Shown here piece after piece: positions 1 through 12,245 of a stretch of 64,000 nucleotides of DNA (within the stretch, counting starts at the first letter, position 1; each line of letters begins with the position of its first letter). A model generated the notes under the pieces. It was not told the origin of the DNA. It was given only the letters and a program-made list of their open reading frames with translations, and did not search any database. The stretch comes from an uncultured Bacteroidales bacterium. GTDB lineage: Bacteria; Bacteroidota; Bacteroidia; Bacteroidales; VadinHA17. Position numbers and translations under genes: made by a program. The stretch covers positions 528,139-592,138 of the forward strand of contig CAVPGA010000005.1 of the NCBI GenBank assembly GCA_963703935.1, read 5' to 3'.

Positions 1-510
1 GAAGAGGCTGGAGAAAATACCAGAACTACTATAAAGCTGCTACTGAAGGAGCTGTTGCCGGAAATCAATCAGGAATCAACATGAAGGTGATCAGGTATGC
101 CGATGTATTGCTGATGATGGCCGAAGCTGAAGCTAACCGCTCGGGAGGAAGTCTTACTACTGCTATCGGTTACATGAACCAGGTAAGGGCAAGAGCCGAT
201 GTTGATCTGCCGTTATATGGCTCAGCTGCAATGAATGCCATATATCCTGTTTCCAATCTGGCTGAATTCATGGTAGCTTTGGAACATGAACGCAAGGTTG
301 AATTATGCGGTGAACAGGTTCGCTTCTCCGATCTTGTAAGATGGGGCAGACTTGCTGCTTTTATGACCGAAGTTAAACCCAGCTGTCCTAAAGCCGACCA
401 GGCTGCTTTGGTTTTCAATCCACCCAAAAATTATCTCTGGCCTATTCCTCAGAAGGAAATTGATGTTAACCCTAACATTGAACAGGACAGATCAGAATCC
501 AGGTTATTAA
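1..510 (+). CDS. SusD/RagB-family nutrient-binding outer-membrane lipoprotein, C-terminal part (5' end outside window; frameshift near the 3' end)
   Basis: The reading frame is open from the window start. Translated blocks RYADVLLMMAEAEANR, HERKVELCGEQVRFSDLVRWG and NYLWPIPQKEID are typical SusD C-terminal blocks. The canonical terminal QNPGY-stop (cag aat cca ggt tat taa, 493-510) lies in the +1 frame relative to ORF 81-620, so a 1-nt indel around 485-492 is inferred. Confidence 0.8.
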
Positions 511-616
511 TAGATAGTAAATGTTATGATTCAAAGAAATGGTCCTGCAAAACAGGACCATTTTTTTGGGTTAAATTGAAGTACATTCAGCCTTTCTTGC
601 TTACAATTTCACCCTT

Positions 617-3600
617 ATGATTAAGCTTTTAAAACCTGAATACTGTAAAAGGCTTTATCCCGTAGTTGCATTGATTGCTATACTTGGCACCTGTTTCTCA
701 TGCAAACCTGAAAAAACAGGGGAAGATCCTGTTTTCACGAAACTCTCCTCCCGGGAAACAAATATTACTTTTCAGAATTCGCTGACAGAAACCGATACTT
801 TTAACTATTTTCTTTATCCCTACATGTATATGGGTGGCGGGGTATCTGTTGGAGACTTCAATAACGACGGCCTGACGGATATCTATTTTACCGGTAATAT
901 GGTCAGCAACCGCTTGTATCTCAATATGGGAAACCTGAAATTTAAAGACGTTACCGAAATTTCCGGCACAGGCGGCGACAATCGCTGGATGCTGGGTTCA
1001 ACCATATGTGATATAAATGAGGATGGACTGCTCGATATTTACGTAAGTGTTTCCGGATTAAAGGGCAATTGCAAAAACCTGCTGTTTGTAAACCAGGGAA
1101 ACAATCCCGAGGGGATACCCGTGTTTAAAGAAGAAGCAGCTAAATATGGCATTGATGACAACGGTAAAAGCTCACAGACAACATTCTTCGACTATGATAA
1201 TGACGGTGATCTCGACCTGTACGTTGCCAATTACCCCATCACCCAGTTCAAGGCACCTCCCTATTTTTACCGGCAAATGATGAACAATGCAAAAATAGAT
1301 GAATCGGGACATTTATACAGAAATAATGGAGATGGCACTTTTACAAATGTCACAGTTGAAGCAGGTCTGTTGACTTTTGGTTTGTCGTTAAGCGCTACGG
1401 TCTGCGACCTGAACCAGGATGGATATAAAGACCTTTATATTTCAAATGATTTCACAAGCCCTGACTTCTATTTCTTCAACAACGGCGATGGAACATTTAC
1501 CGACAGGACAAAAGAAGTAATTGGCCAAACCTCATTTTACGGCATGGGGACTGATATTGCAGACTATAATAATGACGGTCTGCCTGATGTTATGCAAATT
1601 GACATGGCTCCTGAAGATAATCAAAGAGCCAAAGAAAATATGACCAGCATGAACCGGGAGGATTTTGAGGAAATGGTAAGTGAAGGACTTCACCATCAAT
1701 ACCGGTATAGCACGCTGCAACTAAACAGGGGAATCAGGGATAATGGCCTGCCATTCTTCAGCAATGCTGCATGGATTGCAGGAGTAACATCAACAGACTG
1801 GAGCTGGGCTTCACTATTTGCCGATTTTGACCTTGACGGATGGAAAGATCTGTATATAACAAACGGCATCCGAAGGGATATCAATAATATTGATTACTTC
1901 AACAAAATGAACGAATCAACGTATTTTGACAACGAAGTAAACAATAGCGAGTTATTAAAATGGGTACAGGATATGCCCTATAAACCACTTGTAAATTATC
2001 TGTATAAAAATAACGGAGATCTCACTTTCTCAAAATACAGCAGAGAATGGGGAATTAAGGAAGAAAGCTATTCAAATGGCGCTGCCTATGCCGATCTGGA
2101 TAATGATGGCGACCTCGATCTTATCGTTAATAATGTTGACGAAGAAGCTTTGGTATACAGAAACCTTGCCCGGGAAAAACAATTGGGCAATTATCTGAAA
2201 ATTGATTTTGAAGGAACTCCAAAAAATAAGATGGGAATAGGCTCAAGAGTTACCCTGTGGAATGATGGAAAAATACAAATGGCAGAACTGACCTTGTCAA
2301 GGGGGTATCAGTCTTCTGTGGAACCAATACTCTACTTTGGTCTTGCCAGGCATGAGAAGATAGATTCCATATGTGTAAAATGGCCCGACGGAAAGGTACA
2401 GTACCTTACGCAGGTAAATGCCAATCAAAAGCTAACGTTACATTACCCTGATGCAAAGATGACCGCTTCAGTTCCGGCTGTCAAAGAAAAACTGTTCCGG
2501 GAGATTACTGACCAGGTCCAACCCGGCTTCATGCATAAAGAAAACAACTTTAACGACTTCGATTACCAGCCCCTTCTCCCTTACAAGTTATCAATGACCG
2601 GTCCGGACATTACTGTGGGAGATGTTAACAACGATAAGCTCGAAGATTTCTTTATTGGAAACGCATCCAACAGCTCAGGTCAATTGTTCATTCAGAGCAA
2701 TGATGGAACATTCAGCGTTCAACAGGGTCCCTGGGAAACCGATAACCGGTTTGAAGAAACGGGTTCGTTGCTTTTTGATGCCGACAACGATGGGGATCTC
2801 GATTTGTACGTGGTAAGCGGTGGCTATGAATTTCCGGAAGGCTCAAAAGAATACCAGGACCAGCTTTACCTCAATGATGGCAAGGGTAACTACATGAACG
2901 ATGAAAAGGCTTTACCGGTAACCACTTCAAGCGGGTCATGCGTTAAAGCATTTGATTTTGACAAAGACGGTGACCTGGATTTGTTCGTGGGTGGAAGACA
3001 GGTGCCACAACAATATCCATTTCCGGCTCAGAAGCTACATCCTCGAAAACAAATCGGAAAAAGGGATTGTGAAATTTGTGGATGTTACCGATAAAGTTGC
3101 ACCTGAACTTAGCAAAGCAGGAATGATTACGGATGCCTTCTGCGCTGATATTGACAATGATTCATGGCCCGATCTGATCGTAGCCGGAGAATGGATGCCT
3201 GTTTGCTATTATAGAAACATTCACGGAAAATTCAGCAAAACTGAAATAGACGGAACCAAGGGTTGGTGGTTCAGCATTGATGGTGCCGATTTCGATAAAG
3301 ATGGCGACATTGACCTGGTTGCAGGTAACCTTGGCTTAAACTTCAGATATAAAGCAAGTTTCGACAAGACCTTTGATGTATTATGCTGCAGATTTTGACC
3401 ATGATGGAAAATCAGACATTGCACTTAGCTATTACCAGGGGAATAAACAATATCCGGTGAGAAGCAGATCGTGTTTTGTAACCCAGAATCCGGGTCTCGC
3501 TCTTAAATTCCCTACCTATAAAAGCTTTGCCGAAGCAACGATTTCGGATGTCTATACCAGGAAAGTGCTGAAAGAATCCCTTCACTTGCAAGCCGAGACC

Positions 3601-3972
3601 TTTGCCAGCTGCTATTTTGAAAACACAGGAAATGGTGAGTTTGTCATGCATAAATTACCCAATGAAGCCCAATTATCATCTATAAATGATATGATCATCG
3701 ATGATTTTGACAGCGATGGGCATCTGGATATTCTGGCAGCAGGCAATCTTGTATAACGTGGAAGTGGTAACCCCAAGAAACGACGGAGGAATTGGGAGTT
3801 TTCCTCAAAGGAGACGGGAAAGGCCATTTCATAGCTGTATCTTACGAATCATCGGGATTCTTTGCCCCTGGCGACGTAAAAAGTCTGGCGTTAATACACT
3901 TCAATAATAATAGACAAGGAAATTCTGGTTGGGAACAATAATGACAGACTTCAGATATTTAAAGTAAAATAA
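617..3972 (+). CDS. FG-GAP/VCBS repeat plus ASPIC/UnbV domain lipoprotein (CRTAC1-like), paralog 1, frameshifted in this assembly
   Basis: It has a lipoprotein signal peptide (VVALIAILGTCFSC). It carries many DxNxDGxxD calcium-binding blocks (DFNNDGLTDIY, DINEDGLLDIY, DYDNDGDLDLY, DLNQDGYKDLY, DLDNDGDLDLI) and an ASPIC/UnbV block (GIGSRVTLW..LSRGYQSSVEPILYFGL..VKWPDGK). Pieces 617-3094, 2952-3398, 3373-3756 and 3701-3907, plus a last piece reading DKEILVGNNNDRLQIFKVK-stop (stop at 3970-3972), are colinear with paralog 2. Confidence 0.8.
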
Positions 3973-4045
3973 GAATTCTAAAAGCTTCCTGTTTAATTAC
4001 CTTTAATTATAATACATTAGGCCCATATATCAGTTGCTTTAGATT

Positions 4046-7000
4046 ATGAAATTCCCTTTCTGTTTAGTACTCATAAGTCTTTCACTGTTTTCATGCAGCA
4101 AACTTTCTAAAGAAACCTTTGAAAAAATATCCTCTTCCAGGTCAGGTATTGATTTTATTAATGAATTGATAGAAAACGACACATTGAATTATACCGAAAT
4201 TCCCTTATATGTATATGGGCGGAGGTGTTTCGGTGGGCGACATCAATAATGACGGACTGGATGACATTTTCTTCACCGGGAATCTGGTTCCCAATAAACT
4301 CTACCTTAACAAGGGGAATATGAAATTTGAAGACATATCCGAAAAAGCAGGTATAACGGGTAATCATCAATGGTTCACAGGTTCAACCATGGCAGATGTG
4401 AACAATGATGGCTGGCTGGATATTTATGTTTGCGTTTCAGGGAAATATCAGCCATCGGATAATTTGCTTTTTATCAATAACAAAGACAATACTTTTACGG
4501 AATGTGCAAAAGCTTATGGTATAAATGACAAAAGTTCTTCTGTTCAGGCTACTTTTTTTGATTATAACAATGACGGCTTTCTGGATTTATATGTTGCCAA
4601 TTACCCGATAATACTGGTTAGTATGGGTGCCGAATTTTATCATAACAAAATGATCGAGAATAAATTCGAAGAATCAGGCCACTTGTATAAAAATAACGGG
4701 AATGGTACATTTACGGATGTGACTGACGAAGCAGGTGTACGAAATTTTGGTATGTCAATAGGTGTGGTTGCCATGGATTTTAATAATGATGGATGGAAAG
4801 ATTTATACATATCCAATGATTTCAATCCCCCTGATCTTTTTTATCTGAATAATGGTGATGGCACTTTTAGAGAAATAGTAAAAGAGGCTACATTTCAAAC
4901 CTCCATTTTTGGGATGGGCTTAGATGCAGCGGATTTCAATAACGATGAGCTGATTGATATGTTCCAGATTGATATGACTCCTGAAGATCATTTTCGCAGA
5001 ATGGTGAATGTAATCCCAATGAGTCAGAATACATTTGATTTAAGTGTTGGTTTTGGAATTCATTATCAGTATATGCAGAATTCATTGCAGCTTAATAATG
5101 GAATCTTTGATGGCATCCCGGTATTTAGTAATATTTCGCTGTTTGCAGGAGTTGCCTATACTGACTGGAGTTGGGGTGGTGTTTTTCTGGATATGAATAA
5201 CGATGGAAACAAGGATTTATTTGTTACCAACGGTGTTCTGAGAGACATAAATAACCGCGATATCTTAGAAAATGATCCGAATAGTGTTTATTTCAGACAA
5301 GTGAAGGAATATCGTCCGGAGCTTTTCCCAATTACCCCGGTAAGAAATTATGCCTTTGAAAACAATGGCGATTTAACTTTTGCTGATAAATCAGTTTCCT
5401 GGGGATTTGAAGAGCCGACTTTAGCCAATGGAATGGCTTACGGTGACTTCGATAACGATGGCGATCTTGACATAGTTATCAGCAATGTTAATGAGGAATC
5501 AGCTATCTATGAAAACAGAGTAGTTCATAAAGGCAATCATTATATTAAAATCAACCTGGCTGGTCCGGAAAACAATTTGTTTGGATTGGGAAGTATCGTT
5601 AAAGTAAAGACAGGTGATGTTACTCAAATTCAGGATTTTACGCTCACAAGAGGCTATCAGTCGAGTATGCCAACTACCATTCATTTTGGTTTGGGTCAGA
5701 AAGACACTATTGATGAAATAACTGTAATATGGCCTGACAGGAAACAGCAAGTACTTAAGAAAATCATAGCGGACCAGACACTTAAAATTGGACTATAACG
5801 ATGCAGTTGCTGCAAAAACTCAGGATACCAAAAAAAAGTATTTCAAAGACGTTACAAATCTGTCCGGAATAACATTTGTTCATCACGAAGATAATTACAA
5901 TGATTATGAATCTGAAGTGTTGCTTCCCTACAAGAATTCACAGATGGGCCCTGGTTTAGCTGTAGGGGATGTAAATGGAGACAAGCTTGAAGATTTTTAT
6001 GTCGGCAATGGAAAGGGCTTTCCCGGAGCTATGTATTTGCAAACTGATAAAGGTACATTCAAGGAAATTCCGGGCCCGTGGATAGGTGATTCGATTTATG
6101 AAGATACAGGAGCCCTTCTGTTTGATGCCGACAATGACGGGAGATCGGATCTTTACGTTGTCAGCGGAGGAAATGATCACACGAAGAAAGCAGCCTATTA
6201 CCAGGACAGGTTATATCTGAATACGGGGCAAGGCTTCATTAAAAGTATCAATATTCTTCCTGCCGATTTAAACAAAAGCGGCAAATGCGTAAAAGCTGCA
6301 GATTATGATAAAGATGGCGATCTCGATTTGTTTGTCGGAGGACGCATTGTTCCTGGAAATTATCCACTCCCTGCGAACAGTTATTTGCTGAAAAATAATG
6401 GAAAGAAAGGTGCTGATCTGAGATTTGAGAATGTAACAGAAGAAACAGCACCGGGACTTATGAATCTGGGACTTGTTACTGATGCTATCTGGGATGACTT
6501 TGACAGCGATGGTGATGTTGACCTTATTATTGTCGGGGAATGGATGAAAATTCGCTTTTTTGAAAACTCATCAACCGGTTTTACTGATGTTACCGATAAA
6601 GCTTGGATTTGGTGAAACAACCGGCTGGTGGTTTAGTATTAACAGTTGTGATATTGATAAGGATGGTGATAACGATTACCTTGCAGGTAATCTTGGATTA
6701 AATTACAGGTACAAAGCCAACGAAAAATCAATATTTGAAATATACTCCAATGATTTTGATTTGAATGGTAAGATTGATATCGTACTTGGTTATAGTGAAA
6801 AAGGGATAACTTATCCGGTTAACGGTTTTGATGGCACATCCAGGCAGATTCCGGTTATCAGACTAAGGTACAAAAGTTATGAAGAATTTGCAAAAGCAAC
6901 ATTGCCAGGAGATATATGGAGAACAAATGTTGAAAAGCTTCTTTGCATTACAGGGTAAATACATTTGCCCATCAATGGATTGAAAATAAGGGAAAAGGGA

Positions 7001-7339
7001 AGTTCACAATGCATGAACTTCCAAACAGGACACAGATTTCTTCCATCAATGATATGGTTGAAATGAAATATGACGATAATGACTCCGCTATAATAATTGC
7101 TGGTAATTTATATGGCACCGAGGTAGAGACACCGAGAAATGATGCAAGTATAGGACTTGTCTTGCAATTCAGACCCGAAAGGTGAAATAAAGGTTATTCC
7201 ACCTGAAGAAAGCACTCTTTTCATTAAAGGTGAGGTGAAAGCTATCAGGAAGATCAAATTGGCTTCAGGAAAAGATGCTTTTCTGTTCGCGATCAATAAT
7301 GATTCACTGAAATTGATTGAACTTGACTTAAACCCTTAG
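4046..7339 (+). CDS. FG-GAP/VCBS repeat plus ASPIC/UnbV domain lipoprotein (CRTAC1-like), paralog 2, frameshifted in this assembly
   Basis: It has a lipoprotein signal peptide (MKFPFCLVLISLSLFSCS) and the same architecture as 617-3972: YMGGGVSVGDINNDGLDDIFFTGN, DYNNDGFLDLYVANYP, and a UnbV block LGSIVKVK..LTRGYQSSMPTTIHFGLG..VIWPDRK. The six colinear ORF pieces are 4046-4249, 4209-5798, 5788-6615, 6560-6958, 6943-7185 and 7157-7339. Confidence 0.8.
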
Positions 7340-7432
7340 TTGAACAAAGATAAAGCCCTGCATTGTTTTGCAGATACGAAGACTATATCTTTATATTTAA
7401 ACCACTACCTGATTTTTAACTTTTTAATCAAT

Positions 7433-9965
7433 ATGAAAAGACTAACATTTTTGATCACTTGTAGTGCTACTATTAGCGGCATTCAATTATGCTTCGAGCC
7501 AGGATTTGAAACTCAATGATCTTGAGTATTTCGAGACGCAAGGCGTCAATGTCCTTGTGTACAATAACCTTTTTACCGGAGGTTTTAACGATGAGAAGAC
7601 CGCCGGTATAGAATTGATTCACCATGGCGTCAGAACAGCACAAGGCGGCGCTGTGAGACTTTCCAACACTCCGGAGCAGTGGGATCTTGTTCCGGCAATA
7701 CCAACCCGAACGGTAGACCGTGCGTCGAAAACCATTGAGTCTACGTTAAGGTATGAAGATTACGATTTTGATTCGCGGGTGGTTGTCACGGCTAAGGGTA
7801 AAGGTGTTGAGATATCTGTTTACCTGGATAAACCCGTTCCCACGGCACTTGAAGGGAGTGCCGGATTTAATCTTGAGTTTCTACCCTCGCAATATTGGGG
7901 AAAGACCTATCTGATGGATGGGCGTCACAATCGATTCCCGCGCTATGTGGTAGGTAACACCATTACGAGGCCTAACAGTGAAAAACCAAAGCAATTCAAG
8001 GGGTATGTAACTTCCGACGACAGGGGGACCGGCAGATTTATCGATCCGCTTCCTCTCGAAACCGGCCGTACCTTTCTTCTTGCACCCGATGAACCCGAAC
8101 GTCTGGTAAAAATCACCTCGCCTGATGCCGATCTTATGCTTTTCGACGGCCGTGTGCTGGCACAAAACGGCTGGTTTGTAGTTCGCAGTTTACTTCCGGC
8201 AGGAAAAACAGGCAAGGTTTTGACCTGGACAGTTGAACCAAATGCCATTAAAGGTTGGGTAAGAGAGCCAAATATCGGTTTCTCTCAGGTGGGCTACCTC
8301 CCTTCGCAACCAAAAGTCTCTGTCATTGAACTCGACAAGAAAGACAAACCGCTTGCAAAAGCATCGATATATAAAGTAGGCGACGACGGCAATGCTACCG
8401 AAGTATTCAGCGGCAAAATCGTATCCTGGGGTGACTATTATAAATATCACTATGTAAAATTCGATTTTTCTTCAGTTAACACCCCCGGTATATACTATAT
8501 TCAGTATGGCGACTTTAAAACAAATAACTTTTTAATAGAAAATAACGTTTACGATAAGATCACCGACGCCACCAGCGATATATGGATCCCAATACATATG
8601 AATCACATGTTCGTAAACGAGGCTTACAGGGTGTGGCACGGCGAGCCTTTTAAGGAAGGTTATCTCCAGGCTCCGCCAAACACCGATCACTTCGACCTCC
8701 ATAGACAGGGACCAACAACCGATACCAGGTATAAAGCTCTGGAATTGATCCCCGGATTAAACATAGGCGGTTTTTTCGACGCCGGAGATTTTGATATCGA
8801 GACAGGATCGAACATTGGCGTGGTGCAGAACTTTGTCCAGACATGGGAATATTTCAAACCCTTACGCGATCAGACTTTTGTTGATCAGAAGCAACGTTAT
8901 GTTGATCTTCACCGTCCGGATGGGACACCAGACGTGTTGCAGTTTATCGAGCATGGAACATTGAACCTGGTAGCTCAGGCAGAGATTATCGGCCACATGG
9001 CACAAACTCTCTCTAACTCTGTTCTGGATAATTACCATCACCTTGGTGACGCAGCCTCAATAACAGACGGACTTCCTTATAATCCGAATCTTGGCCCTTA
9101 CGAAGTAGCCCCTGACGGCCGGTCGAGCGGAGTTAAGGATGATATGTGGGCATTTACAAGCCGTAATCCCGGCCTCGATCTCAGGGCAGCAACGATGTTT
9201 GCCGCAGCAAGCCGGGCGTTGAAGGGATATAACGACGATCTTTCGGCAAGAGCGTTGCAACAGTCAAAAAGACTTCTGAAAGAGGCAACGGAATTACTTG
9301 CCAATCAGCCGCAGGATCGTGCTGGCATGGGTGGCGGATCAGCAAATATGGCCACCAATCTTCAACTGTACATCTCAACCGGGGAGAAACAATATATCGA
9401 TAAATTTCAGGAACTTTTATGGCCTGCACTTGAGCGTAACGTTAGTGGCAACATTTTGACGGCATTACATGCCATACCGCACATGGACGCATCCTTCAAA
9501 GAAAAGCTGCGGCCGTATGTTGTAAAGTACAAAGAATACATCGACGGGCTTGAAAAGGATAATCCGTACGGAGTACCCATCGGCCTTGGTAACTGGGCAG
9601 GAAGCGGAGCCGTGGTGAGCTTTGGTACCACCATTTGCTTTGCCAGCAAACATTTCCCTGATATTATCGACGCCAGCCATGCTTTCAAGACCACCAACTG
9701 GCTATTTGGCTGCCATCCGTATCACAATTATTCATTAGTGGCAACGGTGGGCGCCGCTCGTCCCAAAGCAGTCTTTTATGGTAATAACAGGGCTGATTTC
9801 TCATTTATTCCGGGCAATGTTGCTCCGGGTATATTATTCAGAAAACCCGACCACTTTGAAAACTACGACGACTGGCCATTTCTGTGGGGACAAAACGAGG
9901 GCACGATTGGTGGAAATACCAGTTATTTAATTTTTGGATCAGCTTTTAAGAATTTAGTTAAATAA
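7433..9965 (+). CDS. Glycoside hydrolase family 9-like enzyme with N-terminal Ig-like (CelD_N-type) domain
   Basis: The Ig-like block reads GFSQVGYLPSQPKVSVIE...DFSSVNTPGIYYIQYGDFKTNNFLIENNVY. The GH9 catalytic Asp pair is in GGFFDAGDFDIETG. A C-terminal block WGQNEGTIGGNTSYLIF resembles the GH9 Glu/NA motif. ATG at 7433 (MKRLTFLITCS) is one frame off the long ORF (7464-9965), so there is a frameshift inside the signal peptide. Confidence 0.7.
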
Positions 9966-10668
9966 ACAGATTGTTTTTAATAGTTTTGAATCAGCCACAG
10001 ATTCAACCTGTTCAATTTTTACATTTTTAATCCAAAGTCCAGTAATTCGTTTCCTGTTTCTTCAATTGGATTCAATCCTGAAAGTGTTTTATTAACTATT
10101 TGACTATCTATTTTTTCCAATGGAACAGGGATTTCATCATCCTTCTTTTTAAAGTACCCTGAAATCACCGATGTAAGAGAGGTAATCAGACTTATGGAAT
10201 TCATGATTACTTTTATGACCGATGACTATAATAGTGATCTGGACCCAAATTCACATCATCACTGGACAGGAACCATCATACTGGTTAAAGGGGAATAGCA
10301 GAATAATTACCTTAACTATAAGTTTTTAAACGCTAAACTAAAAAGCCCTGCATACGCCTGCAGCCTGATTATTCTATCGTATTTTCACTCCTACCCTTAT
10401 TGTTTAAGGGACGGAGTTGGAGGAAGGGTTAAGAAAAGAAAAAAGAGGATTGCTCGTCACTTTGTTCCTCGCGATTCTCTAGGGATAACAGCCCAAGTAA
10501 AAAGCCTTGCAGCGCTTGAGCGGTTTGTTGGAATTACGTATGAAATTGCTTTACATGGTCACCCCTCTTTGCGGAGCAGAGAGAGCCTGCCCTGAGCGCA
10601 GCGAAGGGGGCAGGGGGTGAGTTCGTGCCGGGATGAGGATTGCTCGCTCCGCTTCTGATCCCCGGGGG

Positions 10669-10917
10669 GGTGGCTTTTCAACACTTTACAACAATTATTA
10701 ACAGCAGTTTCGATTGGAAACGTGCGTTGGCAAACCGGAAATGGCGCGAACTTCAGCCTTTTTTGGGAGGGTGATGCATAAGGCATTTTGCCAAAAAAGG
10801 CTGAAGTTGTCATTTCCGGCGCCCTTTTTCTTTGGTTCGTTTCTTTTTGGACGAACAAAAAGAAATGAACATAAAAAAGGGTGACCTTTTGAGACACCCT
10901 CTTTAGGGTGAGGCCAA
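10669..10917 (+). repeat. 249-nt core, copy 1 (variant A: T/G); candidate structured RNA
   Basis: By eye it is identical to copy 3. It contains the long hairpins described for copy 3. The + strand is inferred from G:T wobble positions. Confidence 0.6.
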
Positions 10918-11091
10918 CGAGGGAGGATTATTCGCTTTGCTCATGATCCTTTGGGGAGGTGCTTAACAACGAAAAATCCCTGTCTCGCCTTCGGCTCGAC
11001 TGAGGTCTTTTTGTTTTAGTCCCTTATAAAAGGAAGCTTTTAACGGGTTTAAAAATGGGAGGATTGCTCGCTCTGCTCCTGATCCTCTGGG

Positions 11092-11340
11092 GGTGGCTTT
11101 TCAACACTTTACAACAATTATTAACAGCAGTTTCGATTGGAAACGTGCGGTGGCAAACCGGAAATGGCGCGAACTTCAGCCTTTTTTGGGAGCGTGATGC
11201 ATAAGGCATTTTGCCAAAAAAGGCTGAAGTTGTCATTTCCGGCGCCCTTTTTCTTTGGTTCGTTTCTTTTTGGACGAACAAAAAGAAATGAACATAAAAA
11301 AGGGTGACCTTTTGAGACACCCTCTTTAGGGTGAGGCCAA
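11092..11340 (+). repeat. 249-nt core, copy 2 (variant B: G/C); candidate structured RNA
   Basis: It differs from copies 1 and 3 only at gcgTtgg->gcgGtgg and ggagGgtg->ggagCgtg. Confidence 0.6.
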
Positions 11341-11513
11341 TGAGGGAGGATTATTCGCTTTGCTCATGATCCTTTGGGAGGTGCTTAACAACGAAAAATC
11401 CCTGTCTCGCCTTCGGCTCGACTGAGGTCTTTTTGTTTTAGTCCCTTATAAAAGGAAGCTTTTAACGGGTTTAAAAATGGGAGGATTGCTCGCTCTGCTC
11501 CTGATCCTCTGGG

Positions 11514-11762
11514 GGTGGCTTTTCAACACTTTACAACAATTATTAACAGCAGTTTCGATTGGAAACGTGCGTTGGCAAACCGGAAATGGCGCGAACTTCA
11601 GCCTTTTTTGGGAGGGTGATGCATAAGGCATTTTGCCAAAAAAGGCTGAAGTTGTCATTTCCGGCGCCCTTTTTCTTTGGTTCGTTTCTTTTTGGACGAA
11701 CAAAAAGAAATGAACATAAAAAAGGGTGACCTTTTGAGACACCCTCTTTAGGGTGAGGCCAA
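11514..11762 (+). repeat. 249-nt core, copy 3 (variant A); candidate structured RNA
   Basis: Hairpin 1 (11580-11664) has helices CCGGAAATG/CATTTCCGG and AACTTCAGCCTTTTTTGG/CCAAAAAAGGCTGAAGTT with an apical ATGC-ATAAG-GCAT stem-loop. Hairpin 2 (11665-11728) has CGCCCTTTTT/AAAAAGGGTG enclosing GTTCGTTTCTTTTTG/CAAAAAGAAATGAAC. Upstream there is a GTTTC-GATTG-GAAAC stem-loop. Confidence 0.6.
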
Positions 11763-11996
11763 TGAGGGAGGATTGCTCGCTTCGCCCTCCTACGCCAAAG
11801 GCTTCGGCGGGCAAAGCTCGCGATCCTTTCGGGTGGTGCTTAACAACGAAAAATCCCTGTCTCGCCTTCGGCTCGACTGAGGTCTTTTTGTTTTAGTCCC
11901 TTACCTACGCCGAAAGCAGAGCTCTTCGGTTTAACCCCCGGGGGGGTTTAGGGAAACCAATGGGAGGATTGTTCGCTCCGCTCCTGATCCCCGGGG

Positions 11997-12245
11997 GGTG
12001 GCTTTTCAACACTTTACAACAATTATTAACAGCAGTTTCGATTGGAAACGTGCGGTGGCAAACCGGAAATGGCGCGAACTTCAGCCTTTTTTGGGAGCGT
12101 GATGCATAAGGCATTTTGCCAAAAAAGGCTGAAGTTGTCATTTCCGGCGCCCTTTTTCTTTGGTTCGTTTCTTTTTGGACGAACAAAAAGAAATGAACAT
12201 AAAAAAGGGTGACCTTTTGAGACACCCTCTTTAGGGTGAGGCCAA
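11997..12245 (+). repeat. 249-nt core, copy 4 (variant B); candidate structured RNA
   Basis: It carries the same two substitutions as copy 2. Confidence 0.6.

Noticed and set aside
7881-9697. Multiple 60-100-aa antisense ORFs inside the GH9 gene. Similar shadow ORFs lie inside VCBS, sprA, GH13, infB, M1 and the RND genes.
   Set aside because: They lie entirely within, and antisense or out of frame to, long ORFs with clear family motifs. These are typical shadow ORFs.
10019-10204. A 61-aa minus-strand ORF convergent with the GH9 gene.
   Set aside because: It has no recognisable family motif or evident promoter, and it is close to the size expected by chance in AT-rich sequence. It may be real but I cannot support it.
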